Assembly (NCBI GenBank): GCA_044344255.1
Contig: JBIJDH010000010.1
Coordinates: forward strand, 190,293 to 254,292
DNA length: 64,000 bases
Source of the DNA: Myxococcota bacterium
Lineage (GTDB): Bacteria > Myxococcota_A > UBA796 > UBA2385
Direction of reading: 5' to 3'
The position numbers were made by a program, and so were the translations under genes. Under the pieces are notes generated by a model that was given only the letters and a program-made list of their open reading frames with translations, was not told the origin of the DNA and did no database searches. Positions 9,671-19,995 of the stretch are shown here, piece after piece; positions within the stretch are counted from its first letter, which is position 1, and each line of letters opens with the position of its first letter.

Positions 9671-10651
9671 ATGCACCGCCCCACCCTCGCCTCCGCCCCG
9701 CGCCCCGCCTCCCGCCGCCCCCGCGGCCTGCTGTGCGCCCTCGGCGGCCTTACTCTGGTGGGCTGCATCGACTACGACGTCGACCGCCGGAAGACAAGCG
9801 ACACCTGGCCCCAGCCCTCCCAGGAAGGCGGCGTGGACGTGCTCTGGGTGGTGGACGACTCCCAGTCGATGTTCGAAGAGCAGGCCCAGCTCGCCCTCCA
9901 CGCCGCCGCCTTCACGAGCTTCCTCTCCAACGTGGCGGTCGACTTCCAGCTTGGGGTCACCACCACCAACACGAGCGAGGGGGCCGGCGCGCTGATGGGC
10001 CCCCTGCTCAGCCAGGAGACCGCCGGCCTCACCCAGGCCTTCGCCGAGGCGGTCGAGAACGAGGCCGAGGGCGACCGCGAGGAGCAGGGCTTCACCGCCG
10101 CGCTCGCCGCCCTGGACAGCGGCGAGTTCGGCCGCCCCGAGGCTGACCTCGAGGTGGTCTTCTTCAGCGACGAGGACGACCAGTCTGGCATGAGCCCCGA
10201 GGACTTCGTCGCCGCCCTCCACGACCGCCGCCCGAGCGCCAGCATCGTGGTCAACGCGATCGTGGGCGACCTGCCCGAGGGCTGCGCCTCCTACTCCGCC
10301 GCGGCAGACCCTGGCGCCGCCTACGTCGAGGCCCAGCTCGCCACCGACGGACTGCGCGACTCCATCTGCGCGGCTGACTACGACGCCATGCTCGAGCGCC
10401 TCGCCACGCAGGTGCTGGGTCTCCAGACCACCTTCGCCCTCACCGCCGTGCCCGACGTGGACTCCATGGAGGTCTACGCCGACACCGCCCTCATCCACCC
10501 GCGGGCCCGCCACGGCTGGCGGTACGATCCGGGCTTGAACGCGGTGATCTTTGACGGGTACGCCGTCCCTCCCCCGGGGGCCCGCGTCGAGGCGCGCTAC
10601 TACGAGTGGCAGGGCAACGAGCCCCCCGACGCAGAGGCGGCCACGGAGTAG
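9671..10651 (+). CDS. VWA-like domain lipoprotein
   Basis: Lipobox LVGC; VDVLWVVDDSQSM (MIDAS DxSxS) and SDEDDQS. Confidence 0.8.
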   Translation: MHRPTLASAPRPASRRPRGLLCALGGLTLVGCIDYDVDRRKTSDTWPQPSQEGGVDVLWVVDDSQSMFEEQAQLALHAAAFTSFLSNVAVDFQLGVTTTNTSEGAGALMGPLLSQETAGLTQAFAEAVENEAEGDREEQGFTAALAALDSGEFGRPEADLEVVFFSDEDDQSGMSPEDFVAALHDRRPSASIVVNAIVGDLPEGCASYSAAADPGAAYVEAQLATDGLRDSICAADYDAMLERLATQVLGLQTTFALTAVPDVDSMEVYADTALIHPRARHGWRYDPGLNAVIFDGYAVPPPGARVEARYYEWQGNEPPDAEAATE

Positions 10652-10690
10652 CCGGGGCAGGCGGTTGGCCGCCTCGGCGGCCGGCGGCGT

Positions 10691-12106
10691 TCAGTGCGCC
10701 TCCTCGACGCTCGGGCACTCGGAGTTGGGGCCGCTCTTCGAGCCCACGTTCGGCTCGTCCACGATCGCGACCGCGCGGCCCTCGTACCAGGCGAGGACAG
10801 CTTGTTGGAAGGTCCACGCGGTGCCGGACGCATCTCGGACGCTGCCGACGGCCCACCAGCTCGTCGACTCGAGCGCCACGTGTTGGGCGCAGTTGGGCCC
10901 GTACGCCCCCGGCACAACCACGATGTCCCCGCCTTCGACGGCCGTGGTACGGAGGGTCGCGAGCGAGTCGAGCAGGCCCATCGTCGCCTCCTCGAAGTCG
11001 TCCTCGGGGAGGCCGATCGTCTCCGCCGCGCCCCCGACGTCCCGAAGGTCCTGGCGCACGAAGAACGGCGTCGTGATGTGGTTCATCATGACGTAGTCGG
11101 AGTCGTAGCAGCGCTCCTCGTCCGCCGTCCCGCCGAGGTGGTCCCAGCACGTCTTGTCCATGAACGGCCGGGTGTCGTCCGTCTGCTGGGACTGGTCCCA
11201 GCCCGCGGCCTTGTAGGCGTCGAGCGCCGAGGCGTACGGCTCCGGCAAGCGCTCCGACAGGGGGATGTGCGCGGCGTCGAAGATGGCCACCACCTCCGTG
11301 CCCGTCGTTGCGAGCCTGTCCCGCACGTAGTCGGCGTTCGCCCTGGCGCCAGCGGAGCCGCCGGACGTGCCGTTGAACACCACCAGGCCGGCTTTGTCGA
11401 GCGCGGGCAGCACCTCGCCGTCGTCCGCGACCAGCCCGTCAGCGAGCTCGTCGAGCCCGGACGCGAGGATGGTGTGGCCCCGCCGGAAGAGGGTGTAGTC
11501 GGGGAGCTCGACGGGGAGCTCCACCGGCAGCTCGGCGGGGATCTCGAGTCCGTCCGGATCGTACGCCGCGCTGCCCTCGCCACGCCACGCATCGGACGAG
11601 CAGTAGTAGAAGAACACCTGGTTGGCGCCGCCGAGGAGGTTGCGCGGGTCCTCGTCGTAGATCCCGAAGCCCGCGATGTTCAGCGGGAGGTTCTGCGCCG
11701 ACATCTTCGAGGAGTCGTAGTAGTCCAACCCGCACCAGCGGATGGCACAGGAGGCGTAGCTGCCACAGCCCCCGCCCCCCTGGAGGTGGATCGACCAGGT
11801 GTCCGCCAACGCCGGGTCGGTGAAGCCGCGGACGTACATCACGGCGCGCGTGCCGTCGTTGCACACCGCCTCGGGGTCGCGCAGGGTGTACCGCTGGAGC
11901 TCGTCGCCGCTCCCAAGCTGGTTCGGGTACTCCTCCGGGGCGCGGTAGTGGCCCAGGCAATCCGAGAGGGCGTTGGCCACGTTGTCCTCGGGGACGTCGA
12001 TCGGCGTTGCGTCCGCGACGGTGTCGGTGTCGGCGACGGTGTCCGCGACGGGGCGCTCCGCCCCGCAACCCAGGAAGAGGAGGGAGGAGAGCAGGGCGCC
12101 GGTCAT
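10691..12106 (-). CDS. Pectin acetylesterase/Notum-like hydrolase lipoprotein
   Basis: Lipobox FLGC; AVCNDGT, LQGGGGC, YCSSD, GTSGG nucleophile, C-x-x-H. Confidence 0.82.
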   Translation of the reverse strand: MTGALLSSLLFLGCGAERPVADTVADTDTVADATPIDVPEDNVANALSDCLGHYRAPEEYPNQLGSGDELQRYTLRDPEAVCNDGTRAVMYVRGFTDPALADTWSIHLQGGGGCGSYASCAIRWCGLDYYDSSKMSAQNLPLNIAGFGIYDEDPRNLLGGANQVFFYYCSSDAWRGEGSAAYDPDGLEIPAELPVELPVELPDYTLFRRGHTILASGLDELADGLVADDGEVLPALDKAGLVVFNGTSGGSAGARANADYVRDRLATTGTEVVAIFDAAHIPLSERLPEPYASALDAYKAAGWDQSQQTDDTRPFMDKTCWDHLGGTADEERCYDSDYVMMNHITTPFFVRQDLRDVGGAAETIGLPEDDFEEATMGLLDSLATLRTTAVEGGDIVVVPGAYGPNCAQHVALESTSWWAVGSVRDASGTAWTFQQAVLAWYEGRAVAIVDEPNVGSKSGPNSECPSVEEAH

Positions 12107-13350
12107 GCGCGAGCCTGTGGGAGGAGGTCCTCGAGCGCGGTGGCGGCCGCCGGTGCCCCGCCGGACGCGGCGAACGCCCTCGCCACCCGCTCCGCGCCCG
12201 GGCGCATCGACCGCGTGCGCCGCACGGCCGCGCGCAGCGCCTCGACCCCGAGCCGGCCCCGCGGCACCGCGACGCCCGCTCCGGCCAGCTCGACGTGTCT
12301 CCCTACGTCCAGCTGATCGCGCCCCCAGGGCACCACACACACCGGCACGCCAGCCGCCAGCGCCTTCTGGGTGATCCCCATCCCCCCGTGACAGATGACC
12401 GCCGAGGCGCGACGCAGGAGCGGGCCGTGCGGCATGTACCGGAGCACCGTCGCGTTGGCGGGCGCGCGGAAGGAGGCGGGGTCGAGCGCCGCCGTCGTCG
12501 CGACGACGTCCACGTCCTCGCCTTCGAGCGCGGCGAGCGCCGCCTCGATCAGCGCGCCGTCGTCCTGGAACTCGGTCGAGCAGGTGACGAGCACCAGGGG
12601 GCGGGGGTGCGCGGCGGGCTCCGCGGCGGCCCCCCCCTCGCCCACGGCGGCGCCGGGCGGCTCCCAGATGCCCGGCCCGACGAGCCGCACGTTCTCCGGC
12701 CACCCGCCGTGTGCGTACTCGAAGGGCTCCGCGGTGTAGGCGATCACCCGGTTCGCCCGAGAGGTGAGGCGGTCGAGGCTCGCCAGCGCCGGGAGCCCGA
12801 GGCCAGCCCGCAGGGTGTTGAGCCGATCCAGGTACCGCCGCGTCGCCCAAGCACCCGCCGCCCGCACGAGGGCGTCCCGGACGCGGCCGAAGAACCCCCG
12901 CGCGGGCGCCAATCCCAGCCCGAACGGAGGCCGGCCCTCAGCCCGAACGTTCAGGAAATAGGGGGAGAACACCGCGAACGGCAGCCCGGAGGCCTCGGCG
13001 GCGGCCAAGGCTCCCCAGGCGTTGACGTCCACATACAGGACGTCGGGCTGGACCGCTTGGATCGCCGCCCGCAGGTCGGGGACCTCGTGCGCCGCGCGCG
13101 CCAGCCACGCGGTGAAGGCCAGGCCCACCGCCTGGAGCGGGGTCCTCGCCTTCCAGTCGTCCAGCGCGACACCCTCGACGGCCGGCGCCATCGGCGACGC
13201 CCCCAGCCCCATGCGCTCCAGCTCGGCGACCTCCCCGGCGAGGGTGCGCACGTGCACGCGGTGACCGCGCGCCGCCAGCTCGAGCAGCGTGGGCACCAGG
13301 GGGTAGAGGTGGCCGCGGGCGGGGGACGTGTAGACGAGGACGGTGGACAT
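12103..13350 (-). CDS. GT1 family glycosyltransferase (MGT/UDP-glycosyltransferase type)
   Basis: GHLYPL N-terminus; ICHGGMGITQKALAAGVP..VP..RDQ signature. Confidence 0.9.
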   Translation of the reverse strand: MSTVLVYTSPARGHLYPLVPTLLELAARGHRVHVRTLAGEVAELERMGLGASPMAPAVEGVALDDWKARTPLQAVGLAFTAWLARAAHEVPDLRAAIQAVQPDVLYVDVNAWGALAAAEASGLPFAVFSPYFLNVRAEGRPPFGLGLAPARGFFGRVRDALVRAAGAWATRRYLDRLNTLRAGLGLPALASLDRLTSRANRVIAYTAEPFEYAHGGWPENVRLVGPGIWEPPGAAVGEGGAAAEPAAHPRPLVLVTCSTEFQDDGALIEAALAALEGEDVDVVATTAALDPASFRAPANATVLRYMPHGPLLRRASAVICHGGMGITQKALAAGVPVCVVPWGRDQLDVGRHVELAGAGVAVPRGRLGVEALRAAVRRTRSMRPGAERVARAFAASGGAPAAATALEDLLPQARA

Positions 13351-13396
13351 CGTGTGCTCCGGTCGGCGAGAGGGGTAGGGACGGGCTTCGCGGGGC

Positions 13397-13981
13397 CTAG
13401 GGAGAGACCAGGAGTCGCCGGAGCATGTCGGCGATCGTGGCCTCGGCGTCTGCGCGAGGGAGGCCGAGGTCGCGGTGGAGGAGCTTCCAGACGTACACGT
13501 CGGTGACGACGACGGCCTGCACGATGCGCCGCTCCCGCTCGGGCGGGTCCAGCGTCTCCAGGAACGGGGCGAACACGCGCTCCACCCACGCCCGGTGGAC
13601 GGCGCGCCCCTCGTGCGCCGCCGCGGCCCCCGCGGCGCTCGTCCCCTCGATCGCGAGCAGGCGCAGGGCGACGTCGGCCGCCTCGGCGTAATGTTCGCCG
13701 AGATTGGCCACCGCAGCGACGATGTCGCCGACCGGGGCGTGCGCCCGCTGGTCCACGATGCGCTTCCGGTAGTCGTCGAAGGCGGCCGACAGCAACCCCT
13801 CCTTCGATCCGAAGCGGCGCAAGACCGTCTGTACGGCGACCTCGGCCCGCTGGGCGACAGCCTCGAGGGTCGGAGCGTCCCCGTTCTCCAGGAACAAGTA
13901 GGCTGTCGCCTCGATGATCCGAGCGGCCGTGTTGGCGGCCGCCACGGCGCGGCGGTTCTGGACGTAGGGGCGCGTTTTCAT
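13397..13981 (-). CDS. TetR family transcriptional regulator
   Basis: TLEAVAQRAEVAVQTVLRRFGSKEGL HTH. Confidence 0.9.
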   Translation of the reverse strand: MKTRPYVQNRRAVAAANTAARIIEATAYLFLENGDAPTLEAVAQRAEVAVQTVLRRFGSKEGLLSAAFDDYRKRIVDQRAHAPVGDIVAAVANLGEHYAEAADVALRLLAIEGTSAAGAAAAHEGRAVHRAWVERVFAPFLETLDPPERERRIVQAVVVTDVYVWKLLHRDLGLPRADAEATIADMLRRLLVSP

Positions 13982-13985
13982 GTTT

Positions 13986-14017
13986 ATTATAGTTACACGA
14001 AATGATGTTCGCGTCAA
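13986..14017 (-). promoter_or_regulatory. Candidate sigma70 promoter for tetR-GT-esterase operon
   Basis: Minus strand TATAAT (13991-13986) 4 nt before ATG and TTGACG (14017-14012); 20-nt spacing is non-optimal. Confidence 0.4.
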
Positions 14018-14200
14018 CGGCGTTCACACGAAAATCCGCGCCCCCGGGCTGGACGACGTGCCGCTCACCGGCGAGGCCCGCGGCGAGCACGGCGGGATCG
14101 GGCGGCAGAGGGTGGGGATGGGGGAGGGACCGAGCGCGTCATCCCGCCCTCAAACTTCGGGCACGCTCCGGCCTGCGCCGAGGCGGCCGAGGCGTACCGC

Positions 14201-15454
14201 TCAGCCCGACGGCGCCCGCCCGGGAGGCGCGTGCTCGCCGCCCGGCTCCATCGACGCGTAGATCCCGCGCTGCGCCGCCCTGCCGGTCCGGGCCAACCAG
14301 GCCTCCCCGCCGGGGACGTGGCGTGCCACCTGGTGGGTGATGTGACGCGGCGGCGCCGTCACGATCGGGTACCAGGGAAGCACGCCGCCGGGGAGCCCGA
14401 GCTCCCGCATGCCCTCTGCCCCCACGAACAGCCGGACCACGCTCAGATGGAGCTGGTGGTTCCACCGCCGTCGCAGCCCCGGGAGGGAAGCGTAGCGCCG
14501 CTGCAGGGGCTCGGTGGACAGCGCGCGGCCAAGCTGCTGGGAGCTCGGATCGGCCAGCGGCTGGCTCAGCAGGTTGTGGTACAGCGCCACGCGCCCGTCC
14601 CGCTCACTGTCGACGAGCAGGGCCTCATCGACGCCCATCAGCCAGCCGATGGTGCGCCAGAGCGCCATGACGTCGGCGGCCTCGGCGGCGCCCACCGGCA
14701 CGCCGAGCCAGCGCTGCCCCATCAAGAAGAGCACGGAAAAGGCGAGGTAGGTGGCCTGCATGTCGAGCTGGTTGACCGGTGTGCCGAGGTAGGCCGCGTC
14801 CCAGTCCGGGTCACTCCCCACCTGGCGCCGCACGAGGGCGTGGATGAGCCGCACCCGCAGGGTCGCGACGTAGCCGGGGGACCCGCGCTCGAGGCCGCCC
14901 GGCTCAGTGCAGGCCAGCCACCAAGCGGTCGTGCGGCTCAGGCGTCGCGCCGCCGAGCCCTCGAGCGCGCCGGTGCGGATCAAGGTCTGGTTGATCGCGC
15001 TCGCCCGGTAGCCGGCCATCAGCCCGAGGTCACGCAGGGCATAGCTGCCGGCCGCGCCCGCGCGCGCGGTGACCTGAGCGGCGCGGGCCATCGCGGCGCG
15101 ATCGACCCAGGGCGGCGGCCGCTCGGCCACGGCCAACAGTCGCCGAAGCGGCGAGTCGGCGCCCAGGCTGGCGCTGCCGGCCCGGACGCCCTGCTCGAAC
15201 ATCCCCCAGGCCCGCGGCGCCCCGACCGCCTCCATCCAGCTCACCGCCGCGTCGGCGAGGGGGTCGCCGTGGAGGAGGGTCTGGCCGAGGCGAGCCCAGG
15301 CCTCCTCGGACGGGGCCGCCTCCGCAGGGCTGCAGACGCCCCAGAGCAGCGGGGCGGCCCGGGCCCGGGCCCGGGCGAGATGGACACCATGGCGGCCCGG
15401 GGCGGCGCGGCCCTGCACCGCCTCCGCGCCGGGGACAAAAGGTTGGGGGGGCAT
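14201..15454 (-). CDS. MpaB/DUF2236 (Lcp-like) oxygenase family protein
   Basis: GDPLAD, RL..T..W, RVRLIHALVR, W....GTPVNQLDM.AT, WR.IG.LMGV. Confidence 0.85.
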   Translation of the reverse strand: MPPQPFVPGAEAVQGRAAPGRHGVHLARARARAAPLLWGVCSPAEAAPSEEAWARLGQTLLHGDPLADAAVSWMEAVGAPRAWGMFEQGVRAGSASLGADSPLRRLLAVAERPPPWVDRAAMARAAQVTARAGAAGSYALRDLGLMAGYRASAINQTLIRTGALEGSAARRLSRTTAWWLACTEPGGLERGSPGYVATLRVRLIHALVRRQVGSDPDWDAAYLGTPVNQLDMQATYLAFSVLFLMGQRWLGVPVGAAEAADVMALWRTIGWLMGVDEALLVDSERDGRVALYHNLLSQPLADPSSQQLGRALSTEPLQRRYASLPGLRRRWNHQLHLSVVRLFVGAEGMRELGLPGGVLPWYPIVTAPPRHITHQVARHVPGGEAWLARTGRAAQRGIYASMEPGGEHAPPGRAPSG

Positions 15455-15571
15455 AGGCGGTCTCCCGATGCTCCCACCCCGCCTAACCAGCGGCGCCGCA
15501 TGAGCAGGCACCGCGCGGCCCAGCGGCCACCCGGACCTCGACAGGGCCCCGGGACCCGCTAAGCGGCGCCC

Positions 15572-16597
15572 ATGAACGGACTCCTGCTCGTCAACCTCGG
15601 CACCCCTGACGGCCCCGACACCGCCAGCGTGCGCCGATACCTCGCCGAGTTCCTGGCAGACGGCCGGGTGCTCGACATCCCCGCCATCCCCCGGTACCTC
15701 CTGCTCTACGGCGCCATCCTGCCCTTTCGGCCGGCCCGGAGCGCGCGGGCCTACCAGAAGGTGTGGGACCCTGTGCGCGGCTCGCCCCTGCTGCGCCACA
15801 GCGAAGATCTGCGGGACGCGGTCTCGGCCGAGCTCGGCCAGGGCTGGCGGGTCGCCCTCGGGATGCGCTACGGCCGCCCGCCCCTCGAGGCGGCGATGCG
15901 GAGCCTCGAAGAGCAAGGCTGCACCCGCATCATCGTGATGCCACTCTACCCGCAGTATGCGAGCAGCAGCACGGGCTCCACCCTCGAGCACCTCTTCCAG
16001 GCCGCCGCCGCCCGCCCGGCGGTGCCGAACCTCTCCGTGGTGCCCGAGTTCTACGACCACCCGGGCTTCATCGGCGCCGTGGCCGAGATCGCCCGCCCCG
16101 AGCTCGCCGCCTTCCAGCCCGACCATGTGCTGATGAGCTACCACGGCCTCCCCGAGCGTCAGGTGCAGGCCACCCAGGTGGGCGGCGGGGGCCACTGCCT
16201 CGTGAAGGACGACTGCTGCGCGCAGATCGGCCCCATCAACAGCCGTTGTTACAAGGCGCAGGCCACCGCCACCACCCGGGCCCTGACGGCGGCCCTCGGC
16301 CTCCGCCCCGAGCAGGTCTCGATGAGCTTCCAGTCGCGGCTCGGGCGCATCCCCTGGATCCGCCCCTACACCGACGAGCGGCTGCCCGAGCTCTACGCGG
16401 CCGGCCACAAGCGGCTCGCCGTGCTCTGCCCGAGCTTCGTCGCCGACTGCCTGGAGACCCTCGAAGAGATCGGGATGGCGGCGCGGGATCAGTACGCGGC
16501 CTTGGGCGGCGAGCTCCGCCTCATCCCCTGCGTGAACAGCCACCCGACTTGGGTCCGCGCCGTCGCCGAACGGGCCCGGGCGGTGGCCGATCCTTGA
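15572..16597 (+). CDS. hemH: Ferrochelatase
   Basis: LLLVNLGTP, MRYG.P, PLYPQY, SYHGLP, FQSR.G..PW..P.T, F.ADCLETLEEI. Confidence 0.95.
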   Translation: MNGLLLVNLGTPDGPDTASVRRYLAEFLADGRVLDIPAIPRYLLLYGAILPFRPARSARAYQKVWDPVRGSPLLRHSEDLRDAVSAELGQGWRVALGMRYGRPPLEAAMRSLEEQGCTRIIVMPLYPQYASSSTGSTLEHLFQAAAARPAVPNLSVVPEFYDHPGFIGAVAEIARPELAAFQPDHVLMSYHGLPERQVQATQVGGGGHCLVKDDCCAQIGPINSRCYKAQATATTRALTAALGLRPEQVSMSFQSRLGRIPWIRPYTDERLPELYAAGHKRLAVLCPSFVADCLETLEEIGMAARDQYAALGGELRLIPCVNSHPTWVRAVAERARAVADP

Positions 16598-16622
16598 CAA
16601 GCGCGTCCTGACGAGGCATATG
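16594..16622 (+). promoter_or_regulatory. Candidate rpsO promoter
   Basis: Perfect TTGACA (16594-16599) overlapping the hemH stop; weak -10 (CATATG) 17 nt later. Confidence 0.45.
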
Positions 16623-16739
16623 GCCGCGCTTGTCCGGCCCAGGTGGCGGACGACGGGCGCGAAGGATGGCCATCCGCAGCGCCAGGGTGAAGGTCACCCC
16701 CGTCGTCTGGCTGCGGGTGCCGGCGTACTGGAGCAGACC

Positions 16740-17009
16740 ATGGCCACGACCCCCGAGCGGAAGACCGAGATCGTCGAGACCTTCCGCAAGCACGACGACG
16801 ACACCGGCTCTCCCGAGGTCCAGATCGCCCTCGTCACCGAGCGCATCACCTACCTCACCGACCACTTCAAGAAGCACCCGAAGGACCACGCCTCCCGGCG
16901 CGGCCTCCTCCAGCTCGTCGGCCAGCGCCGCCGGATGCTCAAGTACCTGAAGAATTCGTCCACGGAGCGCTACCAGGCGATCCTCGCGGCCCTGAAGCTG
17001 CGTCACTGA
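16740..17009 (+). CDS. rpsO: 30S ribosomal protein S15
   Basis: 89 aa; DTGSPEVQIA, HPKDHASRRGLL; GGAG Shine-Dalgarno; upstream of pnp. Confidence 0.98.
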   Translation: MATTPERKTEIVETFRKHDDDTGSPEVQIALVTERITYLTDHFKKHPKDHASRRGLLQLVGQRRRMLKYLKNSSTERYQAILAALKLRH

Positions 17010-17017
17010 CGAAAACG

Positions 17018-17043
17018 AGGGCGGTGGGGAGACTCACCGCCCT
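17018..17043 (+). terminator. Stem-loop after rpsO (terminator or stabiliser)
   Basis: 11-bp stem AGGGCGGTGGG/CTCACCGCCCT (one G-U) with GAGA tetraloop; weak U-tract. Confidence 0.6.
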
Positions 17044-17189
17044 TCGGCGTTCTGGTCGCCAGCGTTCTTTCCAGCACCGTTGAACTACTCGCGCAGGCCG
17101 AGCCCTCTCCCAGGGTGTCGTGGTCTTCCGCAGGTCTTTGTCGCCGGACCCCGCCGTGGGGTCCGTCGTCCCAGGTCTTCGGGAACACC

Positions 17190-17334
17190 GGGGCATCCCG
17201 TCCGTGGGCGCGCGTCCATGCCTGCGCTCCCCCTGCGACCCTCATCAGCTGATGACGAGGGGCCGCGACGTGTCCCCTGCGGGCGCCCCCGAGCCATGGA
17301 CGGACGGGAGAGCGGCCCGCTCCAAATTGGAGTG
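17190..17334 (+). promoter_or_regulatory. Structured pnp 5' leader
   Basis: tcccgtccgt (17196-17205) pairs with acggacggga (17300-17309); ctcca-aat-tggag hairpin (17320-17332) covers the Shine-Dalgarno. Confidence 0.55.
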
Positions 17335-17337
17335 TAT

Positions 17338-19458
17338 ATGCCCATTCATACCGTTTCCGTCGAGATCGGCGGTCGTCCGCTCACCATCGAGACGGGCAAG
17401 CTCGCCAAGCAGGCCGGCGGCTCCGTCGTCGTGCGCCAGAACGACAGCGCCGTGCTCGTCACCGTCGTCGGTGACAACAAAGAGCAGCCCTTCGACTTCC
17501 TCCCGCTCACCGTCGAGTACATGGACCGCACGGGCGCTTACGGGCGCATCCCCGGCGGCTTCCTCAAGCGCGAGGGCCGCGGCAACGAGCGCGAGACCCT
17601 GATCAGCCGCCTGATCGACCGGCCCATCCGGCCCCAGTTCCCCAAGCACTACCGCTGCGAGACCCAGATCATCGCCACGGTGCTCTCCTTCGACCCCGCC
17701 TCCGACACCGACGTGCTCGCGATGGTCGGCGCCTCCGCGGCCGCCTACCTCTCCGACGTGCCGATGGTGCGCCCGATCGCCGGCGTCCGCATCGTGCGCG
17801 TCGATGGGCAGCTCCTCCTCAACCCCAGCCGGGCCCAGATGGACCAGGCCGACCTCACCCTCGTCATCGGCGGCACCGCCGACGCGGTGTGCATGGTCGA
17901 GGGCGGGGCCAAGGAGGTCGATGAGACCACCACCATCGACGCGATGGACATGGCGCACGCCGCCGTGAAGAAGATCATCGCCGCGATCGAGGAGCTGCAC
18001 GGCAAGGCCGGCCAGCCCAAGCGCGCCATCGCCCCGGCCCCCTCGATCGACCCCGCCGTGGTCGAGAAGGTCGCCGCGGTCGGCAAGGCTGACCTCGTCG
18101 CCGCCATGGCCGTCCCCGGCAAGCACGAGCGCCGCGACGCCATCCGCGCCGCCCGCCAGGCCACCATCGCCGCCGTCTCCGCCGGCGTCGAGGACGCCGC
18201 TGAGGCCGCCCGCCTCAAGGGTGAGGCCACCAACGCCTGGGACAAGCTCGTCGGCAAGACGATGCGCGCCCAGGTCGTCGCCGAGGGCCGCCGCATCGAC
18301 GGCCGCGCCACCGACGAGATCCGCGCCATCCTGAGCGAGGTGGGCGTCGCCCCCCGCGCCCACGGCTCGGCCCTCTTCACCCGCGGCGAGACCCAGGCCT
18401 TCGTCACCGCCACCCTCGGCATCGAAGACGACGCCCAGCGCATCGACTTCTGCGGCTCCACCGAGCCCATCCGCCGCTGGATGTTGCAGTACAACTTCCC
18501 CCCCTTCTCCACCGGCGAGGCCAAGCGCCTCGGCGGCCCGAAGCGGCGGGAGGTGGGCCACGGCGCCCTCGCCCACCGCGCCCTCGAGGCGGTGCTCCCC
18601 AACCACAAGGAGTTCCCCTACGTCCTCCGCTGTGTGTCGGACGTGCTCGAGTCGAACGGCTCCTCCTCGATGGCCTCCGTCTGCGGCAGCACCCTCGCCC
18701 TCATGGACGCTGGCGTGCCGCTCAAGAAGCCCGTGGCCGGCATCGCCATGGGCCTCATCAAGGACGGCAGCACCTACGTGGTCCTCTCCGACATCCTCGG
18801 CGACGAAGACCACCTCGGTGACATGGACTTCAAGGTGACCGGCACGAAGGACGGCATCACCGCCTTCCAGATGGACACCAAGATCGACAGCGTCCCCCGC
18901 GAGGTGATGCTGCGCGCGATGATGCAGGCCAAGGAAGGCCGGCTCTACATCCTCGACGAGATGGCCACCGCGATCTCTGCGCCCCGCAAGGAGCTCAGCG
19001 CCTTCGCGCCCCGGATCACCACGATCCACATCTCGACCGAGAAGATCCGCGACATCATCGGCCCGGGAGGCAAGACCATCCGCTCCATCCAGGAGCGGAC
19101 CGGCACCCGCCTCACGGTCGACGACAGCGGCGCCGTGCAGATCGCCAGCACCGATCAAGAGGCGGCCGCCCGCGCCATCGGCCTCATCCGCGAGCTCACC
19201 CAGGAGGCCGAGATCGGCAAGCTGTACCTGGGCGTGGTCAAGCGGACCGTGGACTTCGGCGCCTTCGTCGAGATCTTCCCCGGCACCGAGGGCCTCGTCC
19301 ACATCAGCCACCTCTCCCACGAGCGCGTGAGCAAGACCACCGACGTCATCCGCGAGGGCGACGAGGTGCTGGTGCGCGTGATCGACATCGACAAGGCCGG
19401 CAAGATCCGCCTCTCCCGCAAGGAGGCCATCGCCGCCTCCTCGGGCGAAGAAGTCTGA
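17338..19458 (+). CDS. pnp: Polyribonucleotide nucleotidyltransferase (PNPase)
   Basis: [43 protein letters not shown] and S1 domains. Confidence 0.98.
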   Translation: MPIHTVSVEIGGRPLTIETGKLAKQAGGSVVVRQNDSAVLVTVVGDNKEQPFDFLPLTVEYMDRTGAYGRIPGGFLKREGRGNERETLISRLIDRPIRPQFPKHYRCETQIIATVLSFDPASDTDVLAMVGASAAAYLSDVPMVRPIAGVRIVRVDGQLLLNPSRAQMDQADLTLVIGGTADAVCMVEGGAKEVDETTTIDAMDMAHAAVKKIIAAIEELHGKAGQPKRAIAPAPSIDPAVVEKVAAVGKADLVAAMAVPGKHERRDAIRAARQATIAAVSAGVEDAAEAARLKGEATNAWDKLVGKTMRAQVVAEGRRIDGRATDEIRAILSEVGVAPRAHGSALFTRGETQAFVTATLGIEDDAQRIDFCGSTEPIRRWMLQYNFPPFSTGEAKRLGGPKRREVGHGALAHRALEAVLPNHKEFPYVLRCVSDVLESNGSSSMASVCGSTLALMDAGVPLKKPVAGIAMGLIKDGSTYVVLSDILGDEDHLGDMDFKVTGTKDGITAFQMDTKIDSVPREVMLRAMMQAKEGRLYILDEMATAISAPRKELSAFAPRITTIHISTEKIRDIIGPGGKTIRSIQERTGTRLTVDDSGAVQIASTDQEAAARAIGLIRELTQEAEIGKLYLGVVKRTVDFGAFVEIFPGTEGLVHISHLSHERVSKTTDVIREGDEVLVRVIDIDKAGKIRLSRKEAIAASSGEEV

Positions 19459-19474
19459 GCCTGCGCCAACACCG

Positions 19475-19933
19475 ATGACCCGGGCCCCCCTCCGTGTGCA
19501 GCTCTCGCGGCTGCCCCACGGAGGGGGTCTCTCCGTTCCGGCCTACGCCACCGCCGGATCCGCCGGCCTCGACCTCTGCGCCGCCGTCGATGCGCCGCTG
19601 AGGCTGCTCCCCGGCGCCCGGGCCCTCGTGCCGACCGGCTTCGCCCTCGCCATCCCCGAGGGCCACGAGGGGCAGGTGCGCCCCCGCTCGGGCCTCGCGC
19701 TCAAGCACGGGGTGACGGTGCTCAACGCGCCGGGCACCCTCGACGCCGACTACCGCGGGGAGCTCCAGGTGCTGCTCGTGAACCTCGGCGCCGAGCCCTA
19801 CACCGTCGAGCGGGGGGCCCGCATCGCCCAGCTCGTCGTGGCGCCGGTGTCGCGGGCGGAGGTGGTCGAGGTCACCGCCCTGGATGAGACCGTCCGCGGC
19901 GCGGGCGGCTTCGGCTCCACCGGCGGGGCCTGA
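19475..19933 (+). CDS. dut: dUTP diphosphatase
   Basis: [36 protein letters not shown]. Confidence 0.97.
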   Translation: MTRAPLRVQLSRLPHGGGLSVPAYATAGSAGLDLCAAVDAPLRLLPGARALVPTGFALAIPEGHEGQVRPRSGLALKHGVTVLNAPGTLDADYRGELQVLLVNLGAEPYTVERGARIAQLVVAPVSRAEVVEVTALDETVRGAGGFGSTGGA

Positions 19934-19995
19934 TCTCTCGCCGTCGAGAGGTGTAGGATGAACGACCATCCTCACCGATCACCGCTGGAGCCCCG

